Positions 1-9,759 are shown, counted from the first letter of the stretch. The stretch: 64,000 nt of DNA from Dehalococcoidales bacterium (GCA_034413595.1 DAOUMC010000030.1:19606-83605), one strand, 5' to 3'. Notes: generated from the sequence alone by a model not told the origin. Translations and numbers: made by a program.

Positions 1-918
1 GATGTCCTCCGAGGCGAAGCGCACCAGGCGGCGGGCGATGTAGAGCGGGTCTTCGCCGGCCTCAAGCATCCGTGCCAGCCAGTAAAGAGCAGCGTCCGGG
101 TCTGAGCCCCGGAGCGTCTTGTGCAGGGCGGATATGATGTCATAGTGCTGTTCACCCGCCCGGTCGTAGAGCAGCGCCCGCTGCTGGAGAGCGTCTTCGA
201 TGGTAGCCAGCTTGATGCGCCTCCTGCCGTCGGCGTCCGGTGGTGTAGTCAGGGCGGCCACCTCAAGGGCGTTCAGGGCCACCCGGGCATCGTTATTGGA
301 CATGGTGATGAGGTGTTTCAGGGCGTCTTCGGCTATCTTGGCGTTCAGGCTGCCCAGGCCCCGCAGGCTGTCTTTAAGTGCTCTGAAGATGATGACCCGA
401 ATCTCATCGCTGGTGAGAGGCTTTAAGGTGAAGGTCTGGGCCCGGGAGAGAAGGGGCGAGATGACCTCGAAGGAGGGGTTTTCCGTGGTCGCCCCGATGA
501 GAGTTACGGTGCCGTCCTCGACAAAAGGCAGCACGGCGTCCTGCTGGGCTTTGTTGAAGCGGTGAATCTCGTCGATAAAGAGGATGGTTCTCTGCCTTTG
601 CATCTTGCGGCGCTCTTTAGCCTCGTCTATTATTCGCCTCAGGTCGGCGACACCGGCGCTGACGGCCGACACCGGGCTGAAGTGCGAGGCGGTGGCATTG
701 GCGATGATGTAGGCCAGCGTCGTTTTGCCGCTGCCCGGCGGCCCCCATAGGATGATTGACGGCAGGTTGCCCGATTCAATGGCTTTTCTCAGCACCCGCC
801 CCGGGCCTATAATATGCTCTTGCCCGACAAACTCATCGAAGCTGGTGGGCCTCATCCTGGCGGCCAGCGGGGCTTCTTTCAGCTTGTCCTTTTCAAACTG
901 CTGCTCAAACATGTCCAT
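1..918 (-). CDS. rarA: Replication-associated recombination protein A (RarA/MgsA AAA+ ATPase); C-terminal end cut by window edge
   Basis: Absent from ORF track because it is open to the window edge. Manual reverse translation from ATG (918-916) gives MDMFEQQFEKDKL...SIILWGPPGSGKTTLAYII (Walker A)...TILFIDEIHRFNKAQQDAVLP...LIGATTENPSFEV...ALYWLARMLEAGEDPLYIARRL. Confidence 0.9.
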   Translation of the reverse strand, partial: MDMFEQQFEKDKLKEAPLAARMRPTSFDEFVGQEHIIGPGRVLRKAIESGNLPSIILWGPPGSGKTTLAYIIANATASHFSPVSAVSAGVADLRRIIDEAKERRKMQRQRTILFIDEIHRFNKAQQDAVLPFVEDGTVTLIGATTENPSFEVISPLLSRAQTFTLKPLTSDEIRVIIFRALKDSLRGLGSLNAKIAEDALKHLITMSNNDARVALNALEVAALTTPPDADGRRRIKLATIEDALQQRALLYDRAGEQHYDIISALHKTLRGSDPDAALYWLARMLEAGEDPLYIARRLVRFASEDI

Positions 919-922
919 AGAA

Positions 923-1432
923 TTACTCTATCTGCTGCTGGATGACAGCCATCACTTCCTCCGGGTGTCTGGTGGAGAAAGCAAACTGCTTGAACCTGCC
1001 CTGCTTGAGTTCCAGAACTACTCGCTTGGGGCCGATTATGTTATAGACCAGGACTGATTTTCCTTTGGCTCTGCCGGAGCGGATGCCCCAGCCCCCGTAG
1101 ACAATGCCCGGGTTCTTGTCCTGATAAGAGCCTGCGACATTGTGCCAGGGTATTTTGTATTTTATCCTTTCAAAGGCGATGGTGACGGCATCTGGAGTCA
1201 TGCTGATGGTCAGCCTGGTGAAGTTGGCCATGAGGACAGTCACGCCGGCGAATACCACCATCATAACCAGGTAGACCCAGTCCGGCGCCGGCTTATCACC
1301 CACCGGGTGGCCGGTCGTGGTCTGGTAGATAAAGAAGTACAGCATCAGGGCGGTGATGCCGGTCATTACCCACACCATCACTCTGCCGAGCGGAAAGGGT
1401 ATCTCTTCACGGTAGATTTCATTCAGTTGCAT
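923..1432 (-). CDS. Hypothetical membrane protein (two N-terminal TM helices plus soluble C-terminal domain)
   Basis: 169-aa ORF with hydrophobic segments VMVWVMTGITALMLYFFIY and WVYLVMMVVFAGVTVLMANF. Overlaps the end of the upstream antiporter gene by 14 nt. No family recognised. Confidence 0.6.
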   Translation of the reverse strand: MQLNEIYREEIPFPLGRVMVWVMTGITALMLYFFIYQTTTGHPVGDKPAPDWVYLVMMVVFAGVTVLMANFTRLTISMTPDAVTIAFERIKYKIPWHNVAGSYQDKNPGIVYGGWGIRSGRAKGKSVLVYNIIGPKRVVLELKQGRFKQFAFSTRHPEEVMAVIQQQIE

Positions 1433-3269
1433 TTCCTGCCCCTTTTACCGGTGCACCCTGCCCCTGCTCCTCGCTTGTGTCTGGCCGCCCAACCAGGCTT
1501 ATCAGCTTCTGGCCCGGTTTTGGTTTGGGCGGATTGGCTATGGTAAATATAGCCAGCTTGCCGTTCTGGTCAATAAGGAACATGGGCACCATGGTATCAC
1601 CATAGTAAGCCTGGAAAGCATCGTAGTCAAACTCCGGCGTCAGTTCGGTCGTCTTGATAACCGCACCCGAAGAGAACCTGTGGCTCAGGTAGGCATAGTT
1701 TGCCCCGGGGCTGAACAAGAGGCGGCCGCGCAGGTGCCGGGAGACGGTTTCTCTGTCCTCCTTCTCTTCACGCCCGGCAGGAAGCTGGTAGACACTATCA
1801 CGGCCTAAGGCATCGGTCAGATTCAGGCTGGCCAACGAATTGAACTCATCATCTGAAGTGAGCGCCATCAGGCGTCCGATTCCGCCCAGTTCAATCTCGT
1901 CCAGTGCATACTGGGACAGGATATTGCCGTAGAAAGTCGGTATACCTGCCATGCGGGCGGCTGAAATATTGGCCCAGTTGGCGTCCACTAGCAGCACCTT
2001 GTAGCCCTGCTTTTGCAGGCTGCTGGCAATAGCGCGCGCCCATTCATGAGCGCCGACTATCAGCACTCCCTGCGGGTTTGGCTCAGCCACCTTGAGACGG
2101 CGGGCCAGTGGCGAAGCGGACAGACCGTATATTGTCACCGTGCCGGCGATGACTACGAAAGTCAGCGGCACCATCAGTTCGGCCTGAGGATAGCCGGCTT
2201 CACTCAGCCGTATGGCAAAGACCGAGGCTACGGCTGCGGCTATGATGCCACGGGGCGCCAGCCAGGCTATAAAAAGGCGCTCCCGCAATTCAAGCTTAGA
2301 CCTCCAAGTGGAAAGGGCCACGGATAGCGGCCTGGCCACCAGCATAAGGACTGCCAGAAGAGCTATACTGCCAGCGCCTACTTTAGCCAGGTCACTGATT
2401 TGCAGCCGGGCCGCCAAGAGGATGAACAAGCCGGATATCAAGAGCATGCGCAGGTTGTTTTTGAATTCCATTATGTGGCTGATGTGGGCTGTTTTTTGAT
2501 TAGCCAGAGCTATGCCCATTACGGTGACGGCTAATAACCCGGAATCGGTTTGGAGGTTGTTTGATGCGATAAAGGCGGCGACCACTATCGCCAGGGATAC
2601 CACATTATGAAGAAAGTCGGGCATCCAGTAGTATTTTAATAGCAGGACTATGACAGCTGCCCCGGCTAGGCCGATGACTGTGCCGAATGCCAGGGTCTTG
2701 ATGATGCCCAGCGCTACCAGCGAGGCCGCCTCCTGGCCTCCCCCGGCCATAATCGCCTCAAAGACCAGCACGGCGAGTATAGCCCCTATGGGGTCGATGA
2801 CAATACCCTCCCATTTCAGTATGGTTGCCACCTGACCGGCAGGGCGCAGGTGCCTTAGCAGGGGCAGAATAACGGTGGGGCCGGTGACCACCAGGATGGC
2901 CCCCAGGAGCACCGCCAGCTCTAGCTCAAGGCCCAGGATGAAATAGGCGGCACCGGTACCTATCAGCCAGGTCAAAAGAACACCAACGGTTATCAGGTTG
3001 CGGACTACGCCGCCGGTTTGCCTGAGCTCGGTGATTCTCAAGTTCAAGCCACCCTCGAACAGGATTATCGCCACCGACAGCGACACCACCGGCAGCAGCA
3101 GGTCGCCGAAGAGTTCGTCCGGTTTGAGAAAACCGGTCACCGGTCCGGCGATAAAACCGAAGATGAGAAGCAATAGAATGGAAGGAAGACGCAGGCGCCA
3201 GGCCAGCCACAGGGCCATGATGCCCAGGATGATGATTAGGGCTAAGCCTAATAAAATATCTTCAGTCAC
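1419..3269 (-). CDS. Cation:proton antiporter (CPA1/NhaP-type Na+/H+ exchanger) with C-terminal cytoplasmic domain
   Basis: 616-aa ORF with about 12 hydrophobic helices. An N-terminal exchanger-like region (LLLLIFGFIAGP...ILFEGGLNL) is followed by a soluble about 200-aa tail. GTG start. Confidence 0.8.
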   Translation of the reverse strand: MTEDILLGLALIIILGIMALWLAWRLRLPSILLLLIFGFIAGPVTGFLKPDELFGDLLLPVVSLSVAIILFEGGLNLRITELRQTGGVVRNLITVGVLLTWLIGTGAAYFILGLELELAVLLGAILVVTGPTVILPLLRHLRPAGQVATILKWEGIVIDPIGAILAVLVFEAIMAGGGQEAASLVALGIIKTLAFGTVIGLAGAAVIVLLLKYYWMPDFLHNVVSLAIVVAAFIASNNLQTDSGLLAVTVMGIALANQKTAHISHIMEFKNNLRMLLISGLFILLAARLQISDLAKVGAGSIALLAVLMLVARPLSVALSTWRSKLELRERLFIAWLAPRGIIAAAVASVFAIRLSEAGYPQAELMVPLTFVVIAGTVTIYGLSASPLARRLKVAEPNPQGVLIVGAHEWARAIASSLQKQGYKVLLVDANWANISAARMAGIPTFYGNILSQYALDEIELGGIGRLMALTSDDEFNSLASLNLTDALGRDSVYQLPAGREEKEDRETVSRHLRGRLLFSPGANYAYLSHRFSSGAVIKTTELTPEFDYDAFQAYYGDTMVPMFLIDQNGKLAIFTIANPPKPKPGQKLISLVGRPDTSEEQGQGAPVKGAGNATE

Positions 3270-3316
3270 GGGGTTGAACCCTGATTATCCGTTGTCTACA
3301 CATAGAATTGTGTTTA

Positions 3317-3426
3317 TCCTCTCCCCCTTCCCCTCTCGCTTGAATCCCTCTCCGTCTCCCTTTTATAAGAGAGACGTTTTTCCTCCCCCTTTTGTAAAGG
3401 GGGATTAAGGGGCTTTGCCCCTCAGG
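3317..3426. repeat. Cluster of GC-rich hairpin repeats (CCCCCTTT-tgt-AAAGGGGG, GGGGGATTAAGGGG, AGGGGC-ttt-GCCCCT)
   Basis: Perfect 8-bp stem at 3385-3392/3396-3403 and 6-bp stem at 3408-3413/3417-3422. The same motifs recur at 14930, 59610, 5851, 16990 and 51075. Confidence 0.8.
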
Positions 3427-3437
3427 ACTCTCTTTTG

Positions 3438-4754
3438 TTACCTGTACCTCTTCACCGTAAAACAGTAGAGCTTTACCGGCTCGTCGGAGCCTATACCGGC
3501 TTTCATGCGGCAAATCTCGATCTGCCGGTCAACGCTGTCAACCTCCTCAAGGTCGGGCAGTAGCAGCCCCCTTCTCCAGCCGCACTCCACAATCACCCCG
3601 TACTTCTTGGGGTCAAGCCCGTCCTTGCTTTCCACCGGCACCGGCCTGGTGAGCACGTCCACGCTGTATTCCAGTTCGCCCAGCTCTTTGGCGGCGACCG
3701 GAGGGAAGCGGGGGTCTCTGGTGGCTGAGCTTATGGCGTTACAGATAATCTCACTGGCGATGTTCTCCTGGCAGGGCTCAAAGGTGCCGATGCAGCCCCG
3801 GAGCTCGCCGAACTTGTGGAGGGAGACAAAGACCCCTGCCTGCTCTTTCATCTCGGGGATGGGGTTATCCGGCGGCGGGATGACGCTGCCTTCCTTGACA
3901 TAGGTCTCTATGGCTTCTCTGGCCAGCTTGACCTGGGGCGACATCCGGTAGCTCTTGATGATTATGCCGGCGTAGCCGACCACGGCGGAAAAGTCGCCAG
4001 TGGCGTCACCGCTGGTCTGGTACCGGACCAGCTCCGCCTCATTAGCCTCCAGCTCCTTAGAGGCCGAGATGAGGCTTACCACCGGGGCATAGCCACACAT
4101 TGTTATGTTCAGCTCGTCTATCCGCCGCAGTAGCTCATCTTCGTCCAGGGCCAGTATTGCCTCAATCGCCTGGCTGTCCTTCTCCTGGGCCTGGGCTTGT
4201 GGCTCATAGTGGGTCATATCGCTTGAGGCGATGATAACCACCTCTCTCCCTGACTCCTTAATCGCTTTGGCTATCCCCCGGCCTATTTCTTTATAGGCTT
4301 TACCCGGGGCCTGGGAGAGGACGATGGGCACCAGCTTTATGTTCTCCTTAAAATACTGCAGAAACGGTAGCTGAACCTCGATGGAGTGTTCAAAGCGGTG
4401 GGCACCAGAGTCCTCTTCAAGGTAGCGGGATGAAGCCAGAATCTTCTTGGCCAGCTCTGAGTCAATCTCCACGTTGCCTAGTGGAGTCTGCCATGTCCCC
4501 TCGGTCATGATGCTGAATGGCTTGCCCATGCCGGTGTGGTTGGGCCCCAGGATAACGAAGTTGTCCTTGGGCTGAATCCTGGAGACGGCGGCCGCGGCCA
4601 CCGGCCCCGAGTAGATATAGCCGGCGTGGGGCAGAATTAGCCCGACTGCCTCTTCCCTGGCTGCCTTTTCATCCACCATGCCAGCTATCATTTCTTTGAG
4701 CTTGGCCGGTGAACCGGGGTAGAATTGACCTGATACCGCTGGCTGCCTAATCAT
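3438..4754 (-). CDS. Fused AmmeMemoRadiSam system protein B (Memo-like) / protein A (AMMECR1 domain)
   Basis: 438 aa. The N-terminus [15 protein letters not shown]...[11 protein letters not shown] is Memo-type. The C-terminal about 170 aa carry the AMMECR1 signature [21 protein letters not shown]. Lies directly downstream of the cognate radical SAM gene. Confidence 0.85.
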   Translation of the reverse strand: MIRQPAVSGQFYPGSPAKLKEMIAGMVDEKAAREEAVGLILPHAGYIYSGPVAAAAVSRIQPKDNFVILGPNHTGMGKPFSIMTEGTWQTPLGNVEIDSELAKKILASSRYLEEDSGAHRFEHSIEVQLPFLQYFKENIKLVPIVLSQAPGKAYKEIGRGIAKAIKESGREVVIIASSDMTHYEPQAQAQEKDSQAIEAILALDEDELLRRIDELNITMCGYAPVVSLISASKELEANEAELVRYQTSGDATGDFSAVVGYAGIIIKSYRMSPQVKLAREAIETYVKEGSVIPPPDNPIPEMKEQAGVFVSLHKFGELRGCIGTFEPCQENIASEIICNAISSATRDPRFPPVAAKELGELEYSVDVLTRPVPVESKDGLDPKKYGVIVECGWRRGLLLPDLEEVDSVDRQIEICRMKAGIGSDEPVKLYCFTVKRYR

Positions 4755-4766
4755 ATGACCACCCCC

Positions 4767-5777
4767 TTAGCCCGTCCTGAAATTGAGCTCTGCTCCGCAG
4801 AACCGGCATTTTGAATCCCTGAGACCCACCACCCTGGTCTGGTAACCAAACCGTTGAACGGTTAAGTTGTCACAGGAGTAGCAGACGGTATTTTCCCCGT
4901 TGTGCCCGGGGACATTGCCCAGGTAGACGAATTTGAGCCCGACTTGCTTACCGATGTCATAGGCATGCTCCAGGGTGGAGATAGGTGTTGGTGGCAAATC
5001 GGCCATGTAGTGGTGGGGATAGAACCTGGTGACGTGCCACGGCGTCAGCTCACCCAGTTCGTCGTGTATCCACCGGGCGATGCCGCTGAGCTGCTGGTCA
5101 TCGTCGTTCATTCCGGGGATGATGTTGGTCACCACCTCAACATGCATGTGCCATTTGTCCTTAGCCCTTTTGGCGACCTCAAGGATGCCCCGCCAGTGAC
5201 TTATCCTGGCCAGGTTGCGGTAAAAGTCATCATTGAAGCCCTTGACGTCCACCCGCCAGGCATCCAGGTGGGGGCCGATGGTGTCCAGCGCTTCGGGGGT
5301 CATATAGCCATTGGTCACATAGACGGTATAGAGGTTGTTCTCCTTGGCCAGTCTGGCCGAGTCCAGGGTGTATTCAAACCACATGGTGGGCTCGTTGTAA
5401 GTCCAGGCGATGCCGCGGCAGTTGCTGGCTTTGGCCAGCCTTATCGCTTCCTGGGGTTGAACCTTGCGTCCAACCTCGGGGATGTTAACGCAGGAGATTT
5501 CCCAGTTCTGACAGTCCTGGCAGTGAAAGTTGCAGCCCCAGCTGCCCAGAGAGAAGCAGAGGCTGCCCGGGAAAAAGTGGAAGAGGGGTTTCTTCTCCAC
5601 AGGGTCGACCGCCACCGATGAAGCCAGGGCGTAGTTCATGTTGAAGAGGACGCCGCCCTGGTTCTGGTACATCTTGCAGACTCCGGTCCTGTCTGGGCCT
5701 ATGTTGCAGCGCCACTGGCAGATGTTACAGCGGACTCTGGAGTTGGGCAACTTCTCAGAGAGCATTGCCTTGTGCAT
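4767..5777 (-). CDS. amrS: AmmeMemoRadiSam system radical SAM enzyme
   Basis: 336 aa with a CNFHCQDCQNW radical-SAM CxxxCxxC motif and an N-terminal Cys-rich segment (CNICQWRCNI...GVC). Adjacent to the Memo/AMMECR1 gene. Confidence 0.85.
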   Translation of the reverse strand: MHKAMLSEKLPNSRVRCNICQWRCNIGPDRTGVCKMYQNQGGVLFNMNYALASSVAVDPVEKKPLFHFFPGSLCFSLGSWGCNFHCQDCQNWEISCVNIPEVGRKVQPQEAIRLAKASNCRGIAWTYNEPTMWFEYTLDSARLAKENNLYTVYVTNGYMTPEALDTIGPHLDAWRVDVKGFNDDFYRNLARISHWRGILEVAKRAKDKWHMHVEVVTNIIPGMNDDDQQLSGIARWIHDELGELTPWHVTRFYPHHYMADLPPTPISTLEHAYDIGKQVGLKFVYLGNVPGHNGENTVCYSCDNLTVQRFGYQTRVVGLRDSKCRFCGAELNFRTG

Positions 5778-5850
5778 GATTTACCCCTTAACCTAATTAT
5801 ATCACCTGGCATCAACTATAGCCCGGCGTACCTTCACCCCTTAAATAATA

Positions 5851-5869
5851 AGAGGGGCTATGCCCCTCT
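5851..5869 (-). terminator. Hairpin AGAGGGGC-tat-GCCCCTCT, probable intrinsic terminator of the EamA gene; member of the dispersed hairpin family
   Basis: Perfect 8-bp GC-rich stem with 3-nt loop, 30 nt downstream of the stop at 5899. On the minus strand it is followed by TATTATTT. Confidence 0.5.
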
Positions 5870-5898
5870 CAAAGCCCTGCTCTTGGGGTCATCTTTAT

Positions 5899-6807
5899 TC
5901 AGGCGGTATAGATAATGGCGATACCGCCGACAATCATAGCCGTGGCGATGAGCCTGAGTGCCAGTACCCCTCTGCCCGGCTGCCCCTCCAGAAGAAAACC
6001 GGGCCGCACCCGGCTCAGTATGAGGGCCAGGATGAAGACGAATATGGGGCGGCTCCCGGTGATGGTGGAGACCAGAGACACCGGCCCCGATTCCATAGCC
6101 CGGAATATAAGGATAATCCCGGCCACCGCCAGCGACTCATTGAAAGCCACCAGACCGATGGTTGATTTTTGCCGGCTCATGCTGCTCAATTCCTCAAGGG
6201 TTCGGCGGCGCAGTGAGAAGATAAGGAAAATGCCCGACATAGATAAAGCGCTTATCCAATACATATTCCAGAAGGAGACGTAGCCAAGAGCATACTTGCT
6301 GGATATGTCGGCAAATGCCATAATCAGGCCGGAGCCCATAAGAAACAAGAACGGCTTTCCCATCACGGTAGTCGGGCCACCCGGGACCCGTCTGGCCGAG
6401 ATGACTACTGCCCCGGTGACCACGGCAATCACCGCCAGCCAGTGCAGGTAGCTCAGCGTCTCTCCCAGCAGGGGAATAGCCATTATTGCCACCAGAACGG
6501 GGTAGGTGTAAAAAACCGGGACGGCCCGGGATACCTCCTCGGTCTTTAATACGTATAGGAGGATGGCCACTGCCGCTGTGCGGAGTATTCCCGAGATGAT
6601 AGCTACTGCCAGCGGCCAGGGGCTGACTCCGTCAGGCAGCGGGAAGAGGTAGAGTGTCAGCAGGCCAAAAGTCAGCATAACCGAACTCACCAGTAGCAGG
6701 TAAGCCCGCAGACTTGGCATTCGCCGTGAGACGAAGTGGCTATCAAAAATGTTCACCAGCCCCAGGGCGACAGTACCCAGGATGGCGATACTAATCCAGT
6801 CTATCAT
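5899..6807 (-). CDS. EamA/DMT-family transporter
   Basis: 302 aa with ten hydrophobic helices and a duplicated EamA-like architecture. Confidence 0.8.
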   Translation of the reverse strand: MIDWISIAILGTVALGLVNIFDSHFVSRRMPSLRAYLLLVSSVMLTFGLLTLYLFPLPDGVSPWPLAVAIISGILRTAAVAILLYVLKTEEVSRAVPVFYTYPVLVAIMAIPLLGETLSYLHWLAVIAVVTGAVVISARRVPGGPTTVMGKPFLFLMGSGLIMAFADISSKYALGYVSFWNMYWISALSMSGIFLIFSLRRRTLEELSSMSRQKSTIGLVAFNESLAVAGIILIFRAMESGPVSLVSTITGSRPIFVFILALILSRVRPGFLLEGQPGRGVLALRLIATAMIVGGIAIIYTA

Positions 6808-6964
6808 ACCATTGACTCCTGCTATCCGAAAAAGCTAATCAAGTTTACACTATAGAGGGCGTGGGGCAAAGTTTATGACCCTCACCCCCTCTTAAACACC
6901 TTTGATTACTTTAAGGTCAGGATTTCTTGACTGCAATGACGCTACTGGCTAGACTTGGTGGCGT

Positions 6965-7555
6965 ATGAAGGTTATCGGTCTTACTGGCGGTATCGGCACC
7001 GGCAAGAGCACCGTCGCCCGGTTTCTGGCTGAGCTGGGGGCGGTGGTCATAGACGCCGATGAGGTGGGGCACGAGTTTCTTGAGTCTGACAGCCAGGTGA
7101 GGCAGCAGATTGTAACCTCCTTTGGTGAGGACATCCTTACACCTGAAGGCAAGGTTGACCGCAGGAAGCTGGGCAGGATGGTTTTTGAAAACCCCCGGGC
7201 CTTGTCCTGCCTGAACCGGATAATACACCCCAGAATCTCCGAGGTAGTAAAGAACCGGCTAGAGGATTACCGGCGGGGGGCTGGTGTTGTTGTCATTGAA
7301 GCCCCGCTGCTCGTAGAAGCTGGCTGGTCTTCGCTGGTTGACCAGGTCTGGGTTACCATGGCCCCCAAGGCCACGGTCATCAAGCGGCTTAAAGCAGGAA
7401 AGGGTTTATCCCGGGCTGAGGCTTTGGCCCGCATCCGTTCGCAGCTACCAGCCAGGGAGCGAGCTAAGCACGCCGATGTCGTTATCAACAATAACGCTGG
7501 CCTTGACGGACTTAAAGAGAGGGTCAGGGAACTGTGGCAGGGACTTGTAATTTGA
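6965..7555 (+). CDS. coaE: Dephospho-CoA kinase
   Basis: MKVIGLTGGIGTGKSTVARFL P-loop at the N-terminus, length 196 aa, typical CoaE. Confidence 0.9.
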   Translation: MKVIGLTGGIGTGKSTVARFLAELGAVVIDADEVGHEFLESDSQVRQQIVTSFGEDILTPEGKVDRRKLGRMVFENPRALSCLNRIIHPRISEVVKNRLEDYRRGAGVVVIEAPLLVEAGWSSLVDQVWVTMAPKATVIKRLKAGKGLSRAEALARIRSQLPARERAKHADVVINNNAGLDGLKERVRELWQGLVI

Positions 7556-7581
7556 CACCTGCCAGTTCTAACTGGTAAAAT
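7552..7581 (+). promoter_or_regulatory. Sigma-70-type promoter of the rplU-rpmA-rpmE operon
   Basis: TTGACA (7552-7557), 18-nt spacer, TGg-TAAAAT (7576-7581). The -35 overlaps the coaE stop. Confidence 0.6.
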
Positions 7582-7611
7582 AGCTGGTTTGTTATTATCG
7601 GAGGCAACAAG

Positions 7612-7995
7612 ATTTACGCTGTTGTTGAAACTGGTGGTAAGCAGTACCGGGTGGCACCGGGCGAGAGCATAGATGTCGAGCGGCTGGGCACAGCCGAGGG
7701 TAAGACCGTTGAACTGGACAGAGTGCTGCTGATTGCCGATGGTGGCCAGGTGACGGTAGGCAGACCTACCATTCCCGGGGCCAAGGTGGTCGCCACCTCA
7801 AGAGGGGAGGTCAGGGGCACAAAGCTCATTGTCTTTAAATACAAGCCTAAGGTCCGCTACCACAAGAAGACAGGCCACCGCCAGCTATATACCAGGCTGG
7901 TTGTTGATAAGATAAGCCAGCCGGGGGCTGAACCCAAGCAGCCGGTGAAAAAGAGCCGGCGAAAAAAGAAAGAGGTAACTGAGGATGGCGCATAA
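7612..7995 (+). CDS. rplU: 50S ribosomal protein L21, ATT start codon, Lys-rich C-terminal extension
   Basis: The conserved N-terminus (I)[13 protein letters not shown] begins at ATT 7612. In-frame stop TAA at 7576 and no ATG/GTG/TTG before 7651. GGAGG at 7600-7604 is 7 nt upstream of ATT. Confidence 0.85.
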   Translation: MYAVVETGGKQYRVAPGESIDVERLGTAEGKTVELDRVLLIADGGQVTVGRPTIPGAKVVATSRGEVRGTKLIVFKYKPKVRYHKKTGHRQLYTRLVVDKISQPGAEPKQPVKKSRRKKKEVTEDGA

Positions 7996-8254
7996 GAAGG
8001 GTGGTGGCTCTACGCGCCTAGGTAGGGACAGCCAATCCAAACGGCTGGGAGTGAAGAGGTACGCCGGGGAGAGGGTCAGTGCCGGCACCATTCTGGTTCG
8101 TCAGCGGGGGACGCGTATCTACCCGGGTAACAATGTCGGCCTGGGTAAAGACCATACCCTCTTTGCCCTTACCAGTGGCAGCGTCAAGTTTGAACCGGCA
8201 GCCAAAAAGAGGAGGCGGGTCAGCGTTTATACTGACCAGAGCAGTGAAGGATAA
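7985..8254 (+). CDS. rpmA: 50S ribosomal protein L27
   Basis: [29 protein letters not shown]. Overlaps the rplU end by 11 nt. Confidence 0.95.
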   Translation: MAHKKGGGSTRLGRDSQSKRLGVKRYAGERVSAGTILVRQRGTRIYPGNNVGLGKDHTLFALTSGSVKFEPAAKKRRRVSVYTDQSSEG

Positions 8255-8450
8255 GATTCATCCCAAGTACTATACCGATGCCAGGGTGATGTGCTCCTGT
8301 GGCAACACCTTTACCATCGGCTCGACCAGAAAGACATTGAAGGTTGAGCTGTGCAGCAAGTGTCATCCCTTTTACACCGGCGAGCACCGGATGGTGGACA
8401 CCGCCGGCCGCGTGGAGCGGTTTAAACAGCGCTACAAGGTAGAGAAATAG
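8244..8450 (+). CDS. rpmE: 50S ribosomal protein L31 (Zn-binding type)
   Basis: GTG 8244 gives (M)[22 protein letters not shown]...[11 protein letters not shown]. The longer track ORF from 8079 is an upstream read-through frame overlapping rpmA. Confidence 0.9.
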   Translation: MKDKIHPKYYTDARVMCSCGNTFTIGSTRKTLKVELCSKCHPFYTGEHRMVDTAGRVERFKQRYKVEK

Positions 8451-8473
8451 AGCCGGTGTGAGTAGTGAGGCAA

Positions 8474-8503
8474 GGAGCGGGAAAGGTGAGCCGCTCCTTT
8501 TTT
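8474..8503 (+). terminator. Intrinsic terminator after the ribosomal protein operon
   Basis: GGAGCGG (8474-8480) / CCGCTCC (8491-8497) stem followed by TTTTTT (8498-8503). Confidence 0.65.
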
Positions 8504-8515
8504 GTTAGGTGTATT

Positions 8516-9415
8516 ATGGCCAGGAAATTTCATTACGGCGGGCAGGCGGTTATGGAGGGGGTGATGATACGTGGCAAGGAGGCCGCCGTTACCGCGGTCC
8601 GCCGTACCAACGGGACGCTGGCCACCAACATCAAGCCACTGTCTGCCATTTATTCCGGCCGCCTGAGGCAGACCCCCCTTAGCCGTGGCGTTATCGTTCT
8701 GCTTGAAACCCTGCTATTGGGGATAGGCAGCCTGATATATTCGGCCAATGTTTCACTGGAAGAGGAGGGGGAGGAGATTTCGGGTAATTCGGTCTGGTTG
8801 CTACTGCTGATATCACTGGCCTTTGCCGTCGCTCTCTTCTTCTTGCTGCCCCTTTTCATCGCCAAGCTGCTTGACCCCTACATCACGTCGTCTCTGGTTT
8901 TTAACCTGATAGAGGGCTTGGTCCGGCTGGCCATCTTCATCGGCTACCTCAAGCTGGCATCACTGCTGCCCGACATAAAGCGGGTGTTCGCCTATCACGG
9001 CGCCGAGCACAAGACCATCCACGCCTATGAAGACGGGGCTGAGCTGGAAGCCCGGACTATACAGAAGTACAGCACCGCCCACGCCCGCTGCGGCACCGCC
9101 TTTATACTGTCGGTGCTGATTATTGCCATCTTGGTCTTTGCCCTTGTCGGGCGTCAGGTGGTGTGGCTTATGGTCTTGTCGCGGGTGGTGCTCGTCCCGG
9201 TTATCGCCGCCATCGGTTATGAGGTAACCCAGCTTGGAGCCAGGCATATGGACAATGGTGTAGTGCATGCCCTGATGGCCCCCGGGCTGTGGCTGCAGAG
9301 CCTGACCACCAGAGAGCCGGATGACAGCCAGGTAGAGGTTGCCGTGGAGGCGCTAAAAGAGGCGCTGGCTATTGACCAGAGGGCGGAAGCAGTTCCACTG
9401 GCTTCCGAAGGCTAA
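8516..9415 (+). CDS. DUF1385 (YqhQ-like) membrane protein
   Basis: MARKFHYGGQAVMEGVMIRG...AYHGAEHKTIHAYE. Start moved to ATG 8516 because the terminator hairpin lies inside the track's 8465 start. Confidence 0.8.
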   Translation: MARKFHYGGQAVMEGVMIRGKEAAVTAVRRTNGTLATNIKPLSAIYSGRLRQTPLSRGVIVLLETLLLGIGSLIYSANVSLEEEGEEISGNSVWLLLLISLAFAVALFFLLPLFIAKLLDPYITSSLVFNLIEGLVRLAIFIGYLKLASLLPDIKRVFAYHGAEHKTIHAYEDGAELEARTIQKYSTAHARCGTAFILSVLIIAILVFALVGRQVVWLMVLSRVVLVPVIAAIGYEVTQLGARHMDNGVVHALMAPGLWLQSLTTREPDDSQVEVAVEALKEALAIDQRAEAVPLASEG

Positions 9416-9416
9416 A

Positions 9417-9734
9417 TCAGTCCCTTTTTAGCTCCTCAAAGAAGCAGGTCTTTTCGCCGGTGTGGCACACCGGCCCCAGGGGGCGGGCTTTGACCAGCAG
9501 GGTGTCGCCGTCGCAGTCCTTGAGAATCTCACGGACTATGAGTCGGTTGCCCGAGGTCTCTCCCTTGTGCCACAGCTCCTTACGGCTGCGGCTGTAGAAC
9601 CAGACCTCACCGCTCTTCAGGGTAAGCTCTAGAGACTCTTTATTCATATAGCCCAGCATCAGCACCTCGCCGGTGTCGGCGTCCTGGACTACGGCCGGAA
9701 TGAGCCCTTTTTCGTTGAACCTTAGACTGTTAAT
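9417..9734 (-). CDS. hisI: Phosphoribosyl-AMP cyclohydrolase, ATT start codon
   Basis: The track ORF (82 aa) lacks the conserved N-terminus. The upstream in-frame sequence reads stop-S-(ATT)[38 protein letters not shown] Shine-Dalgarno lies 6 nt upstream of ATT (9734-9732). No canonical start is available. Confidence 0.8.
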   Translation of the reverse strand: MNSLRFNEKGLIPAVVQDADTGEVLMLGYMNKESLELTLKSGEVWFYSRSRKELWHKGETSGNRLIVREILKDCDGDTLLVKARPLGPVCHTGEKTCFFEELKRD

Positions 9735-9759
9735 ACTTCACCCCCTAAATCCTTCTCAT

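Noticed and set aside
2998-3513. ORFs 2998-3408 (+) and 3262-3513 (-) crossing the antiporter/Memo intergenic region
   Set aside because: Their only unique parts are translations of the hairpin repeat cluster (PLYKRGRK/PPFVKGD-type peptides). The remainder is antisense to real genes.
6926-6965. Possible leaderless or short-leader coaE (TTGACT-17-TAGACT, ATG after 10 intervening nt)
   Set aside because: The -10 is weak (4/6), there is no TG extension, and the spacing differs from the 7-nt geometry seen at gatC and birA. This is too uncertain to report as a feature.
8465-8515. Longer N-terminus for the DUF1385 protein (track start GTG 8465)
   Set aside because: This segment contains the rpmE terminator hairpin and T-run (8474-8503). 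ATG 8516 gives the family-typical MARKFHYGG N-terminus.
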